Below are positions 47,711 through 57,423 of a DNA stretch of 64,000 bases, piece by piece (the first letter of the stretch is position 1; each line of letters begins with the position of its first letter). The notes below the pieces were generated by a model. That model saw only the letters and a list, made by a program, of their open reading frames with translations. It was not told where the DNA came from and made no database searches. The stretch covers positions 20,540-84,539 of IMG/VR virus record IMGVR_UViG_3300032309_001318, one strand, 5' to 3'. The translations under genes and the position numbers were made by a program. The DNA is from a virus.

Positions 47711-48715
47711 ATGACAATTTTAATAGATGATGTATTGGCAAAATTAGATCCAAAAACAAGAGCAAGAGTTCAGTCAGCACAAGATATAAAAGTTGAAAAA
47801 CAAGCTACGCCAAGCATAGGATTAAATTTATCCCTAAAGGGTGGCCTTGGATACGGTAGACAAGTTTTGGTTTGGGGAAATAAGTCTGCTGGCAAATCAT
47901 CATTTTGTTTACAAATGATTGCTATTGCACAAAAAGAAGGAAAGACGTGTGCTTGGATTGACGCAGAAGCATCATATGATCAATCATGGGCAGAGCAATT
48001 AGGAGTAGACTCATCAAAGTTAATTTATTCTTCGGCTAAAACAGTTAACGATATGGTTGATGTTGCAACTAAACTTATGGACGCAGGAGTAGATTTAATT
48101 GTAGTAGATTCAATATCTGCTTTGCTTCCAGCAATTTATTTTGAAAAAGATGGAAATGAAATGAAAGATTTGCAAGACACCAAACAAATAGGTGCAGAAG
48201 CAAAAGACATGACACACGCAGTTAAAATGTTAAACTATGCAAATAAAAACACATTGCTTGTTCTTATTTCACAACAAAGAAATCAATTTGGATCTATGCA
48301 TGCTAGCCATATTCCAACAGGAGGCATGGCAGTAAAATTCTTTTCTTCTACGGTAATTAAATTATGGTCTTCTGAAGCTGAGGCAAATGCAATTAAAGCT
48401 GGAGTTAAAGTTGGAGATAAAATTATTGAACAAAGAGTTGGAAGGCCAGTTAATTGGATTATTGATTACAATAAACTAGGGCCCCCAAATTTATCAGGAC
48501 AGTATGACTTTTATTACCAGGGAGAAACTCTTGGTGTGGATTCGGTAGGAGAAACTTTAGATGTTGCTGAAATGGTTGGAGTTGTTGAAAAGGGTGGAGC
48601 ATGGTACACCGTTAATGGAGAAAGATTTCAAGGACGTGCAAAAGCTGTTCAGTATTTAAAAGAGAATCCAAAAGTTGTTGAAGTACTTAAAAGGGGCATA
48701 GATGCCAAAAATTAA
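47711..48715 (+). CDS. recA: RecA/UvsX-like recombinase
   Basis: GNKSAGKS Walker A, WIDAE, IVVDS, TGG.A.KFFSS, GAWY. Confidence 0.93.
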   Translation: MTILIDDVLAKLDPKTRARVQSAQDIKVEKQATPSIGLNLSLKGGLGYGRQVLVWGNKSAGKSSFCLQMIAIAQKEGKTCAWIDAEASYDQSWAEQLGVDSSKLIYSSAKTVNDMVDVATKLMDAGVDLIVVDSISALLPAIYFEKDGNEMKDLQDTKQIGAEAKDMTHAVKMLNYANKNTLLVLISQQRNQFGSMHASHIPTGGMAVKFFSSTVIKLWSSEAEANAIKAGVKVGDKIIEQRVGRPVNWIIDYNKLGPPNLSGQYDFYYQGETLGVDSVGETLDVAEMVGVVEKGGAWYTVNGERFQGRAKAVQYLKENPKVVEVLKRGIDAKN

Positions 48716-48890
48716 TGAGTTTTTTAAAAAACCAGAAATTTTGCATAAAAAAGATTTAGAATTAATTCCTGGAACAAAACCTTGCGGCAAGTGCAATAAA
48801 GATGCACAAGAATCTTTTTGGGACCCAACAAATTTAATTATGTCCTGGAAATGTCCAGACGGACATAGCAATCAGTATAAGGTTAACTAA
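48702..48890 (+). CDS. Small zinc-ribbon protein
   Basis: CGKC...WKCPDGH. Confidence 0.65.
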   Translation: MPKINEFFKKPEILHKKDLELIPGTKPCGKCNKDAQESFWDPTNLIMSWKCPDGHSNQYKVN

Positions 48891-49204
48891 TGTCTGAAAG
48901 GTCGGAGGCTAAACGTGACGGAGCAAAACAACAAAAAAATAGTGGACGTGGTGATTATCAAAAAGGTGACGCTCAATGGAGAGATTTTGTGGTGGATTAT
49001 AAAGAGTACGAAAAGTCAATCTCTATTTCGCAAAACATATGGGCTAAAATTTGTACAGATACTTTTAAGGTCAGCAGGGATAAGTATCCAGTACTTAAAC
49101 TAATACTTGGCTCTACTAGCAGTAAAACAAGGCTTGCTGTTATTGAATGGGCACTTTTAGAACAACTAATAGAATGTTGGGAGGAAAATAATGGGATCAA
49201 ATAA
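48890..49204 (+). CDS. PD-(D/E)xK Holliday-junction-resolvase-like nuclease
   Basis: E..E..., NSGRG..KGD, VDYKE pattern. Confidence 0.6.
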   Translation: MSERSEAKRDGAKQQKNSGRGDYQKGDAQWRDFVVDYKEYEKSISISQNIWAKICTDTFKVSRDKYPVLKLILGSTSSKTRLAVIEWALLEQLIECWEENNGIK

Positions 49205-49322
49205 TAAAATACCTTTTAATCCTACTGTTATTAAAAATGGTAGAATAGTAAGAATTAGAAAAGATGGATCAATTAAAGCAGATTTAGGTCTATATAAACC
49301 TAAAAAGAAAACAGATAAATGA
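49191..49322 (+). CDS. 43-aa basic microprotein (not in ORF track)
   Basis: GGAGG RBS; MGSNNKIPFNPTVIKNGRIVRIRKDGSIKADLGLYKPKKKTDK*. Confidence 0.6.
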   Translation: MGSNNKIPFNPTVIKNGRIVRIRKDGSIKADLGLYKPKKKTDK

Positions 49323-49423
49323 TTAAATTTTTTATAGGAGTTTTAATTGGATTTTTAATCGCATATCCAATAGGGTTATGGGCTGGATATTATACTGATT
49401 GGATAAATAGAGATGGAAAATAA
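49319..49423 (+). CDS. 34-aa single-pass membrane microprotein (not in ORF track)
   Basis: ATGA coupling; MIKFFIGVLIGFLIAYPIGLWAGYYTDWINRDGK*. Confidence 0.55.
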   Translation: MIKFFIGVLIGFLIAYPIGLWAGYYTDWINRDGK

Positions 49424-49760
49424 ATCTGATTCAAAAAACACATTAGAATTAATTAGCGATATTACTGAATTTAATGATTTACATGAGTTTATGAAGGATG
49501 AACATTTAGATAAAGCTCTTGCAATTGTGGTAAAATTGTTAATGAACCCAGATGTGCCTTCAGCTAAAGCACCTCATTTAATTATGGAGCTACAGGCAAT
49601 GTCTACTAAATTTGCAGTTATGTCTTCTGTATACTCAACTATTATGAAAGATAAAGCTGGAACAGTTAATAATAATAAAAAGAATGTATATTATTCAGTA
49701 AAAGAGTCTATAGACAAACTTGTTGATGCCCTTAAATATGTTGTTAGGTACAACTCATAA
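49413..49760 (+). CDS. Phage hypothetical protein
   Basis: Helical ORF abutting the Cas4-like gene. Confidence 0.7.
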   Translation: MENKSDSKNTLELISDITEFNDLHEFMKDEHLDKALAIVVKLLMNPDVPSAKAPHLIMELQAMSTKFAVMSSVYSTIMKDKAGTVNNNKKNVYYSVKESIDKLVDALKYVVRYNS

Positions 49761-50546
49761 ATGAGTAGAGAAATAGTAAAGAACCTTAAGTTTAAAAAAC
49801 ATACTGGAAAATTCTTCGACCCAGAACTTTTTGCAAATCTTCTCGATGAGTCTTATAGAAATACAAAACGTCCAAGCGGAGAAATGACAAAGAAATCTTT
49901 TAGCCCAAGCTCACTTGGGTATGGTCATGGCACTTGTCCAAGATATTGGTACATGGCATTTTCTGGCGCTATGTTTATAGACGACAACGACGCTGTTGCT
50001 GTTGCTAATATGGCTCAAGGAACTCAAGCACACGAGAGACTTCAAAAACTTATTTCTACTATGCCAGAGTGGAAAGCAGAAGAAGAAGAAATTGTTAATG
50101 AGTATCCACCAATTAGAGGGTTTATAGATCTTATTATGGAATACGATGGCGAAACAGTAATTGGTGAAATAAAAACAGCAAAGCAAGAGGTTTGGGACAT
50201 AAGGCAGTCAGAAATGAAACCTACAGCAAACCATTTGTTGCAATTATTAACTTATATGAAATTAAAAAAAGCAAAAGAAGGATTTTTTCTTTATGAAAAC
50301 AAAAACACACAGGAGCTAATAGTCATTCCAGTTTCCATGAATGAAAAAAATACAGCAATTATTGAAGAAACTTTTACTTGGATGTGTGAAGTTTGGGATA
50401 ACTTTAAAGATGGAGATCTTCCAATGAAGCCATCTGGAGCTACAAAATCTAAAATGCCTTGCACCTATTGCCCAGTTAAAAAAGAATGCTACGCAGGACT
50501 TACTGGAACAGTTCAAATAGAATCTTATAAGGTACCATCTATATGA
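49761..50546 (+). CDS. Cas4-like/RecB-family exonuclease
   Basis: CPRYW, G...HE, G.IDL, GEIKT, QL..Y, C.YCP.K..C. Confidence 0.85.
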   Translation: MSREIVKNLKFKKHTGKFFDPELFANLLDESYRNTKRPSGEMTKKSFSPSSLGYGHGTCPRYWYMAFSGAMFIDDNDAVAVANMAQGTQAHERLQKLISTMPEWKAEEEEIVNEYPPIRGFIDLIMEYDGETVIGEIKTAKQEVWDIRQSEMKPTANHLLQLLTYMKLKKAKEGFFLYENKNTQELIVIPVSMNEKNTAIIEETFTWMCEVWDNFKDGDLPMKPSGATKSKMPCTYCPVKKECYAGLTGTVQIESYKVPSI

Positions 50547-50821
50547 TTTGTTTTAATAAAGAATGTGGTAAAGATTTTGAACCCAAAACGCATAATCAAA
50601 AATATTGTAATGAACAGTGTTGTCGTATTTCTACAAATAGAAAAATAATGGAAAAATATTATGAAAAAAAAGCAATTAAAAATGGGGCACCAAGAATTTG
50701 TAAATCTTGTAAAACTAAATTAAGCAGATATAATCAGCAAAAGGTGTGCTCTTCTTGTGAAAAAAATATTAATCAGGAAGCTAAAGCAGCAATATGGAGC
50801 ATACTAAATGAACTTAGCTAG
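50543..50821 (+). CDS. Cys-rich zinc-binding protein
   Basis: C....C...F......QKYC...C; CKSC; CSSC. Confidence 0.7.
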   Translation: MICFNKECGKDFEPKTHNQKYCNEQCCRISTNRKIMEKYYEKKAIKNGAPRICKSCKTKLSRYNQQKVCSSCEKNINQEAKAAIWSILNELS

Positions 50822-51374
50822 TTTAGTTAAAACTAAAGCAAACAGAGTTTTGGGGATAGATGCCTCCACTAACTCAGTAGCATTTTGTTTAATGGAAAAT
50901 GATGTTCCATTAAAATGGGGTAAAGTAGAACTATCTGGGGCTGACATATACGAAAAGATATATGATGCAAAAGTTAAAATGAAAGCAATGCTTAATGAAT
51001 TAAAGTCTGATTATATTGTTGTAGAAGGCGCCATACTTGTCAGATCACCAGATGCTGTGATAAAATTATCATATGTATATGGAGTTGTTATTGCTGAGCT
51101 TATGTCTACTGGCGCTAAGGTTATTACTATTGGCCCATCCTCGTGGCAGGCGTACATTGGCAACAAAAATCCAACAAAGGATGAAAAATCTGCAATAAGA
51201 TTAAAAAATCCAGGGTATGCAGATTCTTGGTACAAAAATCAATTAAGGAATATGCGTAAACAAAGAACGGTAGATTATTTTAATAGTAAGTATAATTTAT
51301 CTTTAACCGATTTTGATGTCGCAGATAGTTTTGGAATTGCTCATTATTCAAATCAAGTTTTAACCAAAAGATGA
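50808..51374 (+). CDS. RuvC-like Holliday junction resolvase
   Basis: VLGIDAS, IVVEG, D.ADSFGIA. Confidence 0.8.
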   Translation: MNLASLVKTKANRVLGIDASTNSVAFCLMENDVPLKWGKVELSGADIYEKIYDAKVKMKAMLNELKSDYIVVEGAILVRSPDAVIKLSYVYGVVIAELMSTGAKVITIGPSSWQAYIGNKNPTKDEKSAIRLKNPGYADSWYKNQLRNMRKQRTVDYFNSKYNLSLTDFDVADSFGIAHYSNQVLTKR

Positions 51375-51517
51375 AATTATACCAAAGCCATCCTTGGCTA
51401 TATAGAAGATATATTGTACAAAAAAAGACAGTTACAGAAATTGCTATTGAGTGTGCGGTTTCTCCAATGACAATACAAAGATATCTAGAACAGTTTGGAC
51501 TAATTAAAAAGCGATGA
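51371..51517 (+). CDS. 48-aa helix-turn-helix protein (not in ORF track)
   Basis: MKLYQSHPWLYRRYIVQKKTVTEIAIECAVSPMTIQRYLEQFGLIKKR*; ATGA overlaps at both ends. Confidence 0.75.
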   Translation: MKLYQSHPWLYRRYIVQKKTVTEIAIECAVSPMTIQRYLEQFGLIKKR

Positions 51518-52209
51518 ATATTGCATATAAAATATTTCATTTACCAAGAGACTATGATAGAAATAAATTAGTTGAAAATGTTCATTCTAATTTGCTTAAA
51601 AATATAAAGATCTTGGATACAGATACTATTAAAATTTCATCATATGATGAATATGTTAGCTTTAAAAATCAAAACTTAGATTTTAATATAGATTTTAATG
51701 GATATAATTTAGAAAATAGGCAGGGCTGGAGATATGGAGAAGTTGGCATATGGGCAAGCAACTGGCTAGCATGGAAAAATTTTATTGATTCTGATTATGA
51801 CTATTTAATATTAATGGAAGACGATATTGTTTTATATGAAAATTTTTTAATTGAGTTAGAAAAATATATGAAGCAATTGCCAAAAGGATTTGATGCATTC
51901 CATGCATTTTGTCCAGCAGATCAAAATCACAAGTATAACGCTTCGTTAGATGTCTCAGATGAATTATGTTCATCTTATCAAGATTGGTCTGCTGCTTGCT
52001 ATATAGTAAGTAGGACGGGTGCTCAAAAAATGATACATTTTGCAAGCAACGGTATAAATTTACCATTAGATTGGTTTATGTTTAGACAAAAAAATTTATT
52101 AGAGGTTTTCACGCTAAAGCCAGACGCTAAAAGAATTTGTGACATATTGCCAATACAATCAACATTTCAAACAAAAGAAGATAGGAAGCCACTAAATGGG
52201 ATACTCTGA
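51514..52209 (+). CDS. Glycosyltransferase family 25-like
   Basis: GEVGIWASN..AW, LILMEDD, CYIVSRTGA.KM, P.DWF. Confidence 0.8.
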   Translation: MNIAYKIFHLPRDYDRNKLVENVHSNLLKNIKILDTDTIKISSYDEYVSFKNQNLDFNIDFNGYNLENRQGWRYGEVGIWASNWLAWKNFIDSDYDYLILMEDDIVLYENFLIELEKYMKQLPKGFDAFHAFCPADQNHKYNASLDVSDELCSSYQDWSAACYIVSRTGAQKMIHFASNGINLPLDWFMFRQKNLLEVFTLKPDAKRICDILPIQSTFQTKEDRKPLNGIL

Positions 52210-52714
52210 TCCAACAAATAAGCCTTGGACTAAGGACAAAATAGTCGAACTAAATCCAAAAACAGTTCTTGATGTTGGGGCTGGTCAAGGCGTGTATCTT
52301 GATTTAATTAGAGATGGACTTGGCGCTGGGGTAATAGTAAATGCAGTAGAAGTCTGGCAACCGTATATAGATCAATTTAATTTAGAAAATAGATACGATA
52401 AATTATTTGCTATGGATGTAAAAAACATGACAAACTTTGCCTATGACCTTGTTATTTTAGGAGATGTTCTTGAGCACATGTCTAAAGAATCTGCTGTTGA
52501 TCTTTGGGAAAGAATATCTAGACAAGCTAAATATGCAATTATATCTATTCCAATTATTCATTATCATCAAGATGCAATTAACGGCAATCCGTATGAAATT
52601 CATGTTGAAGAAGACTGGAACACTGATAGGGTGCTAAAAACATTTAAAAACATCATTGAACATAAAGAGTTTCCAATTACAGGAGTATTTGTAGCGAAAT
52701 TTGATAACCAATGA
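52196..52714 (+). CDS. Class I SAM-dependent methyltransferase
   Basis: VLDVGAGQG, YDLVILGDVLEHM. Confidence 0.85.
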   Translation: MGYSDPTNKPWTKDKIVELNPKTVLDVGAGQGVYLDLIRDGLGAGVIVNAVEVWQPYIDQFNLENRYDKLFAMDVKNMTNFAYDLVILGDVLEHMSKESAVDLWERISRQAKYAIISIPIIHYHQDAINGNPYEIHVEEDWNTDRVLKTFKNIIEHKEFPITGVFVAKFDNQ

Positions 52715-53427
52715 TTCCAAAAATTATTTGGCAAACATATAAGGATCCGTACGACCAACTTCAGCCATATATGCTTGATGCAATTAATACATGGAAGACA
52801 TTAAATACAGAATATGAATATCGCTATATGGATGATGCTCAGGCTACTGAATTTATACTACAAGAATATGGTCAAGAGTGGCATGACATATTCGTAAGTC
52901 TTCCAGTCGGAGTAATGCGTGGAGACCTATGGCGATATATGATTATATATAAATATGGCGGAATCTATACTGATCTGGATACAGAATGCTTAAATCCAAT
53001 TAATGTATGGCTAAACGAAGACTATGAAATGATTGTTTGTCCTGAAACAGATATTCATTTTTGTCAGTGGACATTTGCTGCATCGGCTGGTCATCCTATA
53101 TTAAAATCAGTTCTAGATACAATTAAAGAAAAATTAAATAATCCAGAGTATGGATCACCACACTTTGTTCATACACATACAGGACCAACCATTTGGACAG
53201 AAGGAATATTAAATGCTTTAGATATTAAAGTTGATAATTTAATTACTGATGAACTATTGCTAAATTCTTCTGATAATGCTAAACTATATAAATTCCATTG
53301 CTATGGCGGAGATAATTGGCGGATATTCCATTTTATTGATGTTAAACATATTTATGGAAGCCAAAAATGGGATGACGGAAACTATATTCAATGGATTGAA
53401 GATCCACTAGTGAGAGGTACAAGATGA
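52711..53427 (+). CDS. Glycosyltransferase family 32-like (DXD, OCH1-like)
   Basis: MIPKIIWQT, DLWRY..IY.YGGIYTDLD, TGP..WT. Confidence 0.88.
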   Translation: MIPKIIWQTYKDPYDQLQPYMLDAINTWKTLNTEYEYRYMDDAQATEFILQEYGQEWHDIFVSLPVGVMRGDLWRYMIIYKYGGIYTDLDTECLNPINVWLNEDYEMIVCPETDIHFCQWTFAASAGHPILKSVLDTIKEKLNNPEYGSPHFVHTHTGPTIWTEGILNALDIKVDNLITDELLLNSSDNAKLYKFHCYGGDNWRIFHFIDVKHIYGSQKWDDGNYIQWIEDPLVRGTR

Positions 53428-53750
53428 ATTTAAAGCCAGTGTTTGCAGATGTAAAAGAATTCTCATACCAAGACTTATACCTTCATGCAATTAGTGCACC
53501 AGCAGGGCATAAGATATTAAATTCTTGCTTAGAAATTGCACAGATGTTAATTGAAAAGAATATATCATATGGCAACTCAGCTTTAGACCCCATTAGAATA
53601 TTTTCAACGGCTGATTCTACAGAGCAATTAAAGGTAAGAATTGACGATAAACTAAATAGAGTAAAAAATAACCAGGGTTTTGCAGGAGATAATGACATAG
53701 ATGACCTAATTGGATACCTATTATTATATAAAATAGCAAAATCTAATTGA
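53424..53750 (+). CDS. DUF1599/nucleotide-modification-associated domain-like protein
   Basis: KN.SYGNSA, RIDDKL.R, D...DLIGY. Confidence 0.6.
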   Translation: MNLKPVFADVKEFSYQDLYLHAISAPAGHKILNSCLEIAQMLIEKNISYGNSALDPIRIFSTADSTEQLKVRIDDKLNRVKNNQGFAGDNDIDDLIGYLLLYKIAKSN

Positions 53751-53775
53751 CTTTTCAGTCAACTAGAATTATAAT
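53747..53775 (+). promoter_or_regulatory. Near-consensus promoter TTGACT-N17-TATAAT with an overlapping palindrome
   Basis: TTGACT-TTTC-AGTCAA inverted repeat covers the -35 element. Confidence 0.75.
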
Positions 53776-53783
53776 AGATGTAT

Positions 53784-54320
53784 ATGGAAATTGAATTATC
53801 TGATCATTTTGATCGAATGAATAAGGTTGTTGCCGAACTATTAAAAGGTAACAATCCTACACAAATAGCTACCCTAACTGGATTCAAAAGGTCTGATGTA
53901 GTAGAGCTTATAGATGAATGGAAAGCTGTTGTCTATAACGATACAAGTTCAAAAGAACGTGCCAAGGAAGCAATCTCTGGGGCTGACCAACACTACTCTA
54001 TGCTTATTAAAGAAGCATGGAAAACAGTAGAGGACGCAGATCAGGCAGGACAATTAAATGTTAAGGCTAACGCACTCAAGTTAATTTCAGACATTGAGAC
54101 TAAAAGAATTACAATGTTAAAAGAGGTAGGCCTACTAGATAATGCTGAGATGGCATCTCAAATTGCAGAGACAGAACACAAGCAAGACATTTTAATTAAA
54201 ATATTAAAAGAGGTTACAGCCAGTTGTCCAAAATGCAAAATGGATGTTGCACGTAGACTATCTCAAATTACTGGGATTGTTGAACCAATAGAAATTATTG
54301 AGGAAGTAAGTGGATCTTAA
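53784..54320 (+). CDS. Terminase small subunit (putative)
   Basis: N-terminal HTH (TQIATLTGFKRSDV); directly upstream of and overlapping the large terminase. Start ATG 53784 or 53778. Confidence 0.65.
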   Translation: MEIELSDHFDRMNKVVAELLKGNNPTQIATLTGFKRSDVVELIDEWKAVVYNDTSSKERAKEAISGADQHYSMLIKEAWKTVEDADQAGQLNVKANALKLISDIETKRITMLKEVGLLDNAEMASQIAETEHKQDILIKILKEVTASCPKCKMDVARRLSQITGIVEPIEIIEEVSGS

Positions 54321-56109
54321 TTTTAATGACCTTATTGACATACTCGATGGAGAAGAGTTTGAAGAAAGACCAGTAGATCTAAGAGCATTTGTAACCAACC
54401 CAGAGTATCTTGGACTTCCACCACTTTCCGAATATCAATATACTCTAATTGAAAAAAGTTCGCAAATATATAAAGAAGCAACACTAATGAAACTTTTTGG
54501 AGAAGAAGAAGGTTCTAGAATATTTAAGCAAACGGCTAACGAAGTAATTGCTCAACTTGGTAAGGGTTCTGGTAAAGACTACTGCTCAACAATTGCAACA
54601 GCCTATATAGTTTATTTATTATTATGCTTAAAAGACCCAGCGGCATATTACGGAAAGCCACCAGGAGATGCAATTGATATTTTAAATATTGCTATTAACG
54701 CACAGCAAGCAAACAATGTTTTTTTTAAAGGGTTTAAAACACGAATTGAAAAGTCTCCGTGGTTTACTGGAAAGTACACAGATAAAGCTTCTGAAATGAA
54801 GTTTGATAAATCTATTACAGTTCATTCTGGTCACTCTGAGCGTGAGGCTTGGGAAGGTTATAACGTTATTGTTGTTATCCTTGATGAGATTTCAGGATTT
54901 GCTACAGAAAATACAACTGGACACGATCAAGCAAAAACTGCAGATGCAATATATGATATGTACAGGGCTTCAGTAGATTCACGTTTCCCAGACTTTGGTA
55001 AAGTAATATTGCTTTCTTTTCCAAGATTTAAAAATGATCCAATACAAAAATTCTATGAATCTGTCATTGCAGAAAAAGAAATTGTAATAAGAAGTCATAA
55101 TTTTAAAATGGATATCGACCTACCAGACGGAACTGAAGGAAATGAGTTTTCTGTTGAATGGGAAGAAGACCATATACTTTCTTATTCTATTCCAAAAGTA
55201 TACGCATTGAAACGTCCAACTTGGGAAATTAATCCAACTAGAAGCATTGATGATTTTAAAGTAGCATTTTATAAAAACTCTATGGACGCACTAGGAAGAT
55301 TTGCCTGCATGCCGTCAGACGCAGTAGATGCATTTTTTAAATCAAGAGAAAAAATAGAAACTGCATTTAACAATACAGCAATTGCCCTAGATCAATTTGG
55401 AAGATTTGAAAACTGGTTCGCACCAGATCCAGATAAAGAATATTTTATACACGTAGACCTTGCACAAAAGCATGACCACTGTGCAGTTTCTTTAGCGCAT
55501 GTTCAAAAATGGGTAAATGTAAAAGTTACAGACACGTACTCACAACCAGCGCCAATAGTAGAAGTAGATGCTGTCAGGTTTTGGACCCCCACGCCAGACA
55601 AATCTGTGGACTTTGCAGAAGTAAGAGACTACATACTATCTTTACAGACAAAAGGATTTAAAATAAGACTTTGTACTTTTGATAGATGGAACTCTCACGA
55701 CATGATGCAACAATTAAAACAGTACGGAGTTAATACGGAAATTTTGTCTGTTGCTAAAAAACATTATGATGACATGGCAATGATAGTTTTAGAAGAAAGA
55801 CTTAAAGGTCCACACATACCATTACTTATAGATGAACTATTGCAATTAAAAATTATGAGAGACAGAGTTGATCACCCTAGGAAAGGTTCAAAAGACTTAG
55901 CCGACGCAGTTTGTGGCTCTGTTTACAATGCAATATCTAGGACAAAGCACGACAAAAATGAAGAAATCAAAATACATACATATGAATCTATGAGTTTTGA
56001 TAACGACTTCTCAAAAGATAACCCAGATGTTACGGCTACCAACATGATACGGGCTCCCCGTATGCCAACTAGTTTGTCAGAGTCTTTAGAAAGGATGACA
56101 ACATTATGA
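54310..56109 (+). CDS. terL: Terminase large subunit
   Basis: GKGSGKD Walker A, VVILDE Walker B, LLSFP coupling motif, HVDLA and KD.ADA nuclease aspartates. Confidence 0.9.
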   Translation: MDLNFNDLIDILDGEEFEERPVDLRAFVTNPEYLGLPPLSEYQYTLIEKSSQIYKEATLMKLFGEEEGSRIFKQTANEVIAQLGKGSGKDYCSTIATAYIVYLLLCLKDPAAYYGKPPGDAIDILNIAINAQQANNVFFKGFKTRIEKSPWFTGKYTDKASEMKFDKSITVHSGHSEREAWEGYNVIVVILDEISGFATENTTGHDQAKTADAIYDMYRASVDSRFPDFGKVILLSFPRFKNDPIQKFYESVIAEKEIVIRSHNFKMDIDLPDGTEGNEFSVEWEEDHILSYSIPKVYALKRPTWEINPTRSIDDFKVAFYKNSMDALGRFACMPSDAVDAFFKSREKIETAFNNTAIALDQFGRFENWFAPDPDKEYFIHVDLAQKHDHCAVSLAHVQKWVNVKVTDTYSQPAPIVEVDAVRFWTPTPDKSVDFAEVRDYILSLQTKGFKIRLCTFDRWNSHDMMQQLKQYGVNTEILSVAKKHYDDMAMIVLEERLKGPHIPLLIDELLQLKIMRDRVDHPRKGSKDLADAVCGSVYNAISRTKHDKNEEIKIHTYESMSFDNDFSKDNPDVTATNMIRAPRMPTSLSESLERMTTL

Positions 56110-56354
56110 GTGAATATCAAGAAAAAGCAAAAGAATGCAAATGTTGTGGCAAGCATGTTCCACTTCCAACAGTATTAAAAGAATACAATGGAATGGTTGT
56201 ATGCCCAACTACATTTTCAAACATTGTTGAATATCAAAGAATATGGAATGCTATTGGATCTAGGCCACCTGGAAACATAAGAAAGCATTTTTCAGAGTAT
56301 GTACAACAAATAGTAGAATTGCATTTTATAGAAAACAAAAAAGATGAAAAATAA
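56106..56354 (+). CDS. Small Cys-containing hypothetical protein
   Basis: CKCCGKH...CPTT. Confidence 0.6.
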   Translation: MSEYQEKAKECKCCGKHVPLPTVLKEYNGMVVCPTTFSNIVEYQRIWNAIGSRPPGNIRKHFSEYVQQIVELHFIENKKDEK

Positions 56355-57336
56355 AAGAGCATCTTCCTGGCACGAAAATAATAATGATGTTTTTAGTAAA
56401 TTACAAAATAAAGAAACTGTAAATCTAATGTGGTCTTGTATTAATAACATAGAGCCAGAACAGCCAATGCTACTGCAAAATACATTGCGTTTAAACGAAG
56501 ACAGAATGTATTTTGATTTAGGCGATAATATAGAAAAAAGAATAAATACAGATGGACACAGGGGCCCAGATTTTATTAAAAATGTAGATATTTTATTTGC
56601 TGGATGTTCGCAAACCTATGGTTTAGGAGTTAAAGATGGGGCAATATGGGGGGAGATGGTAGCTAAAAATCTAGGCCTTAAATATAATAATGTGTCTTAT
56701 CGTGGAGGATCCGTTATGCAAATAGTTTATAACATTTTTAACTATTTTGAAAAATATGGTAATCCAAAATATATCCTATGTGCATTACCATCGTTTGCCA
56801 GAACTCATGTATTTATAGATTCTGAAATATTAACCTCAGCACCTCATAACAAAATATTAGAAAAAACATATGGATCCGACAAAGGACCTTATAGAGCAAT
56901 ACATCTTTCTAAAAATAGCAGGTACATAAAGCTTCCAGCCAAAGTAGAAGAAGTTTTTCCAAATGAACATAGAGTTTGGATTAACTTAATGTTTATTTCA
57001 ATGTTAGAAACATATTGTCATTCAAATAATATAAAATTACTATGGACAACATGGCTAGACGTATATGAAGATAACAATCAACAAATGTATGATAAATTTA
57101 AAAATTTTTTTGAATTATCAGAAGACTGGGACCAGACAATACCGCCAGACGGCATTTATCCAGAAAAAGAAAGCGTGTGCCATCAAAACTTTAAAGATAA
57201 ATATGAAAATTTTTTTCATAGGGGAACAGATTGGGATATTAGGGATCTTAAAGTTTGGGAAGGGCATTGGGGTGCCCACACACATATACACATATATGAA
57301 AATTTTATAAGAGAAATGAAAAAACTTGGACTATAG
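56344..57336 (+). CDS. SGNH-hydrolase-like protein
   Basis: N..G.R..DF, LFAGCSQTYG.G, N....G.S, C-terminal GHWG...H. Confidence 0.6.
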   Translation: MKNKRASSWHENNNDVFSKLQNKETVNLMWSCINNIEPEQPMLLQNTLRLNEDRMYFDLGDNIEKRINTDGHRGPDFIKNVDILFAGCSQTYGLGVKDGAIWGEMVAKNLGLKYNNVSYRGGSVMQIVYNIFNYFEKYGNPKYILCALPSFARTHVFIDSEILTSAPHNKILEKTYGSDKGPYRAIHLSKNSRYIKLPAKVEEVFPNEHRVWINLMFISMLETYCHSNNIKLLWTTWLDVYEDNNQQMYDKFKNFFELSEDWDQTIPPDGIYPEKESVCHQNFKDKYENFFHRGTDWDIRDLKVWEGHWGAHTHIHIYENFIREMKKLGL

Positions 57337-57423
57337 ATTTATTATTTATTTATACTATAAGGTTATTTATAAAATAAAAAAAATATTTATAAAACAGCCT
57401 AAGCAAAAAGATAGGTACATATA

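Noticed and set aside
49761-50546. Cas4-like gene as a CRISPR-Cas system
   Set aside because: No cas1/cas2 or array in the window; stand-alone Cas4-like nucleases are common in phage recombination modules.
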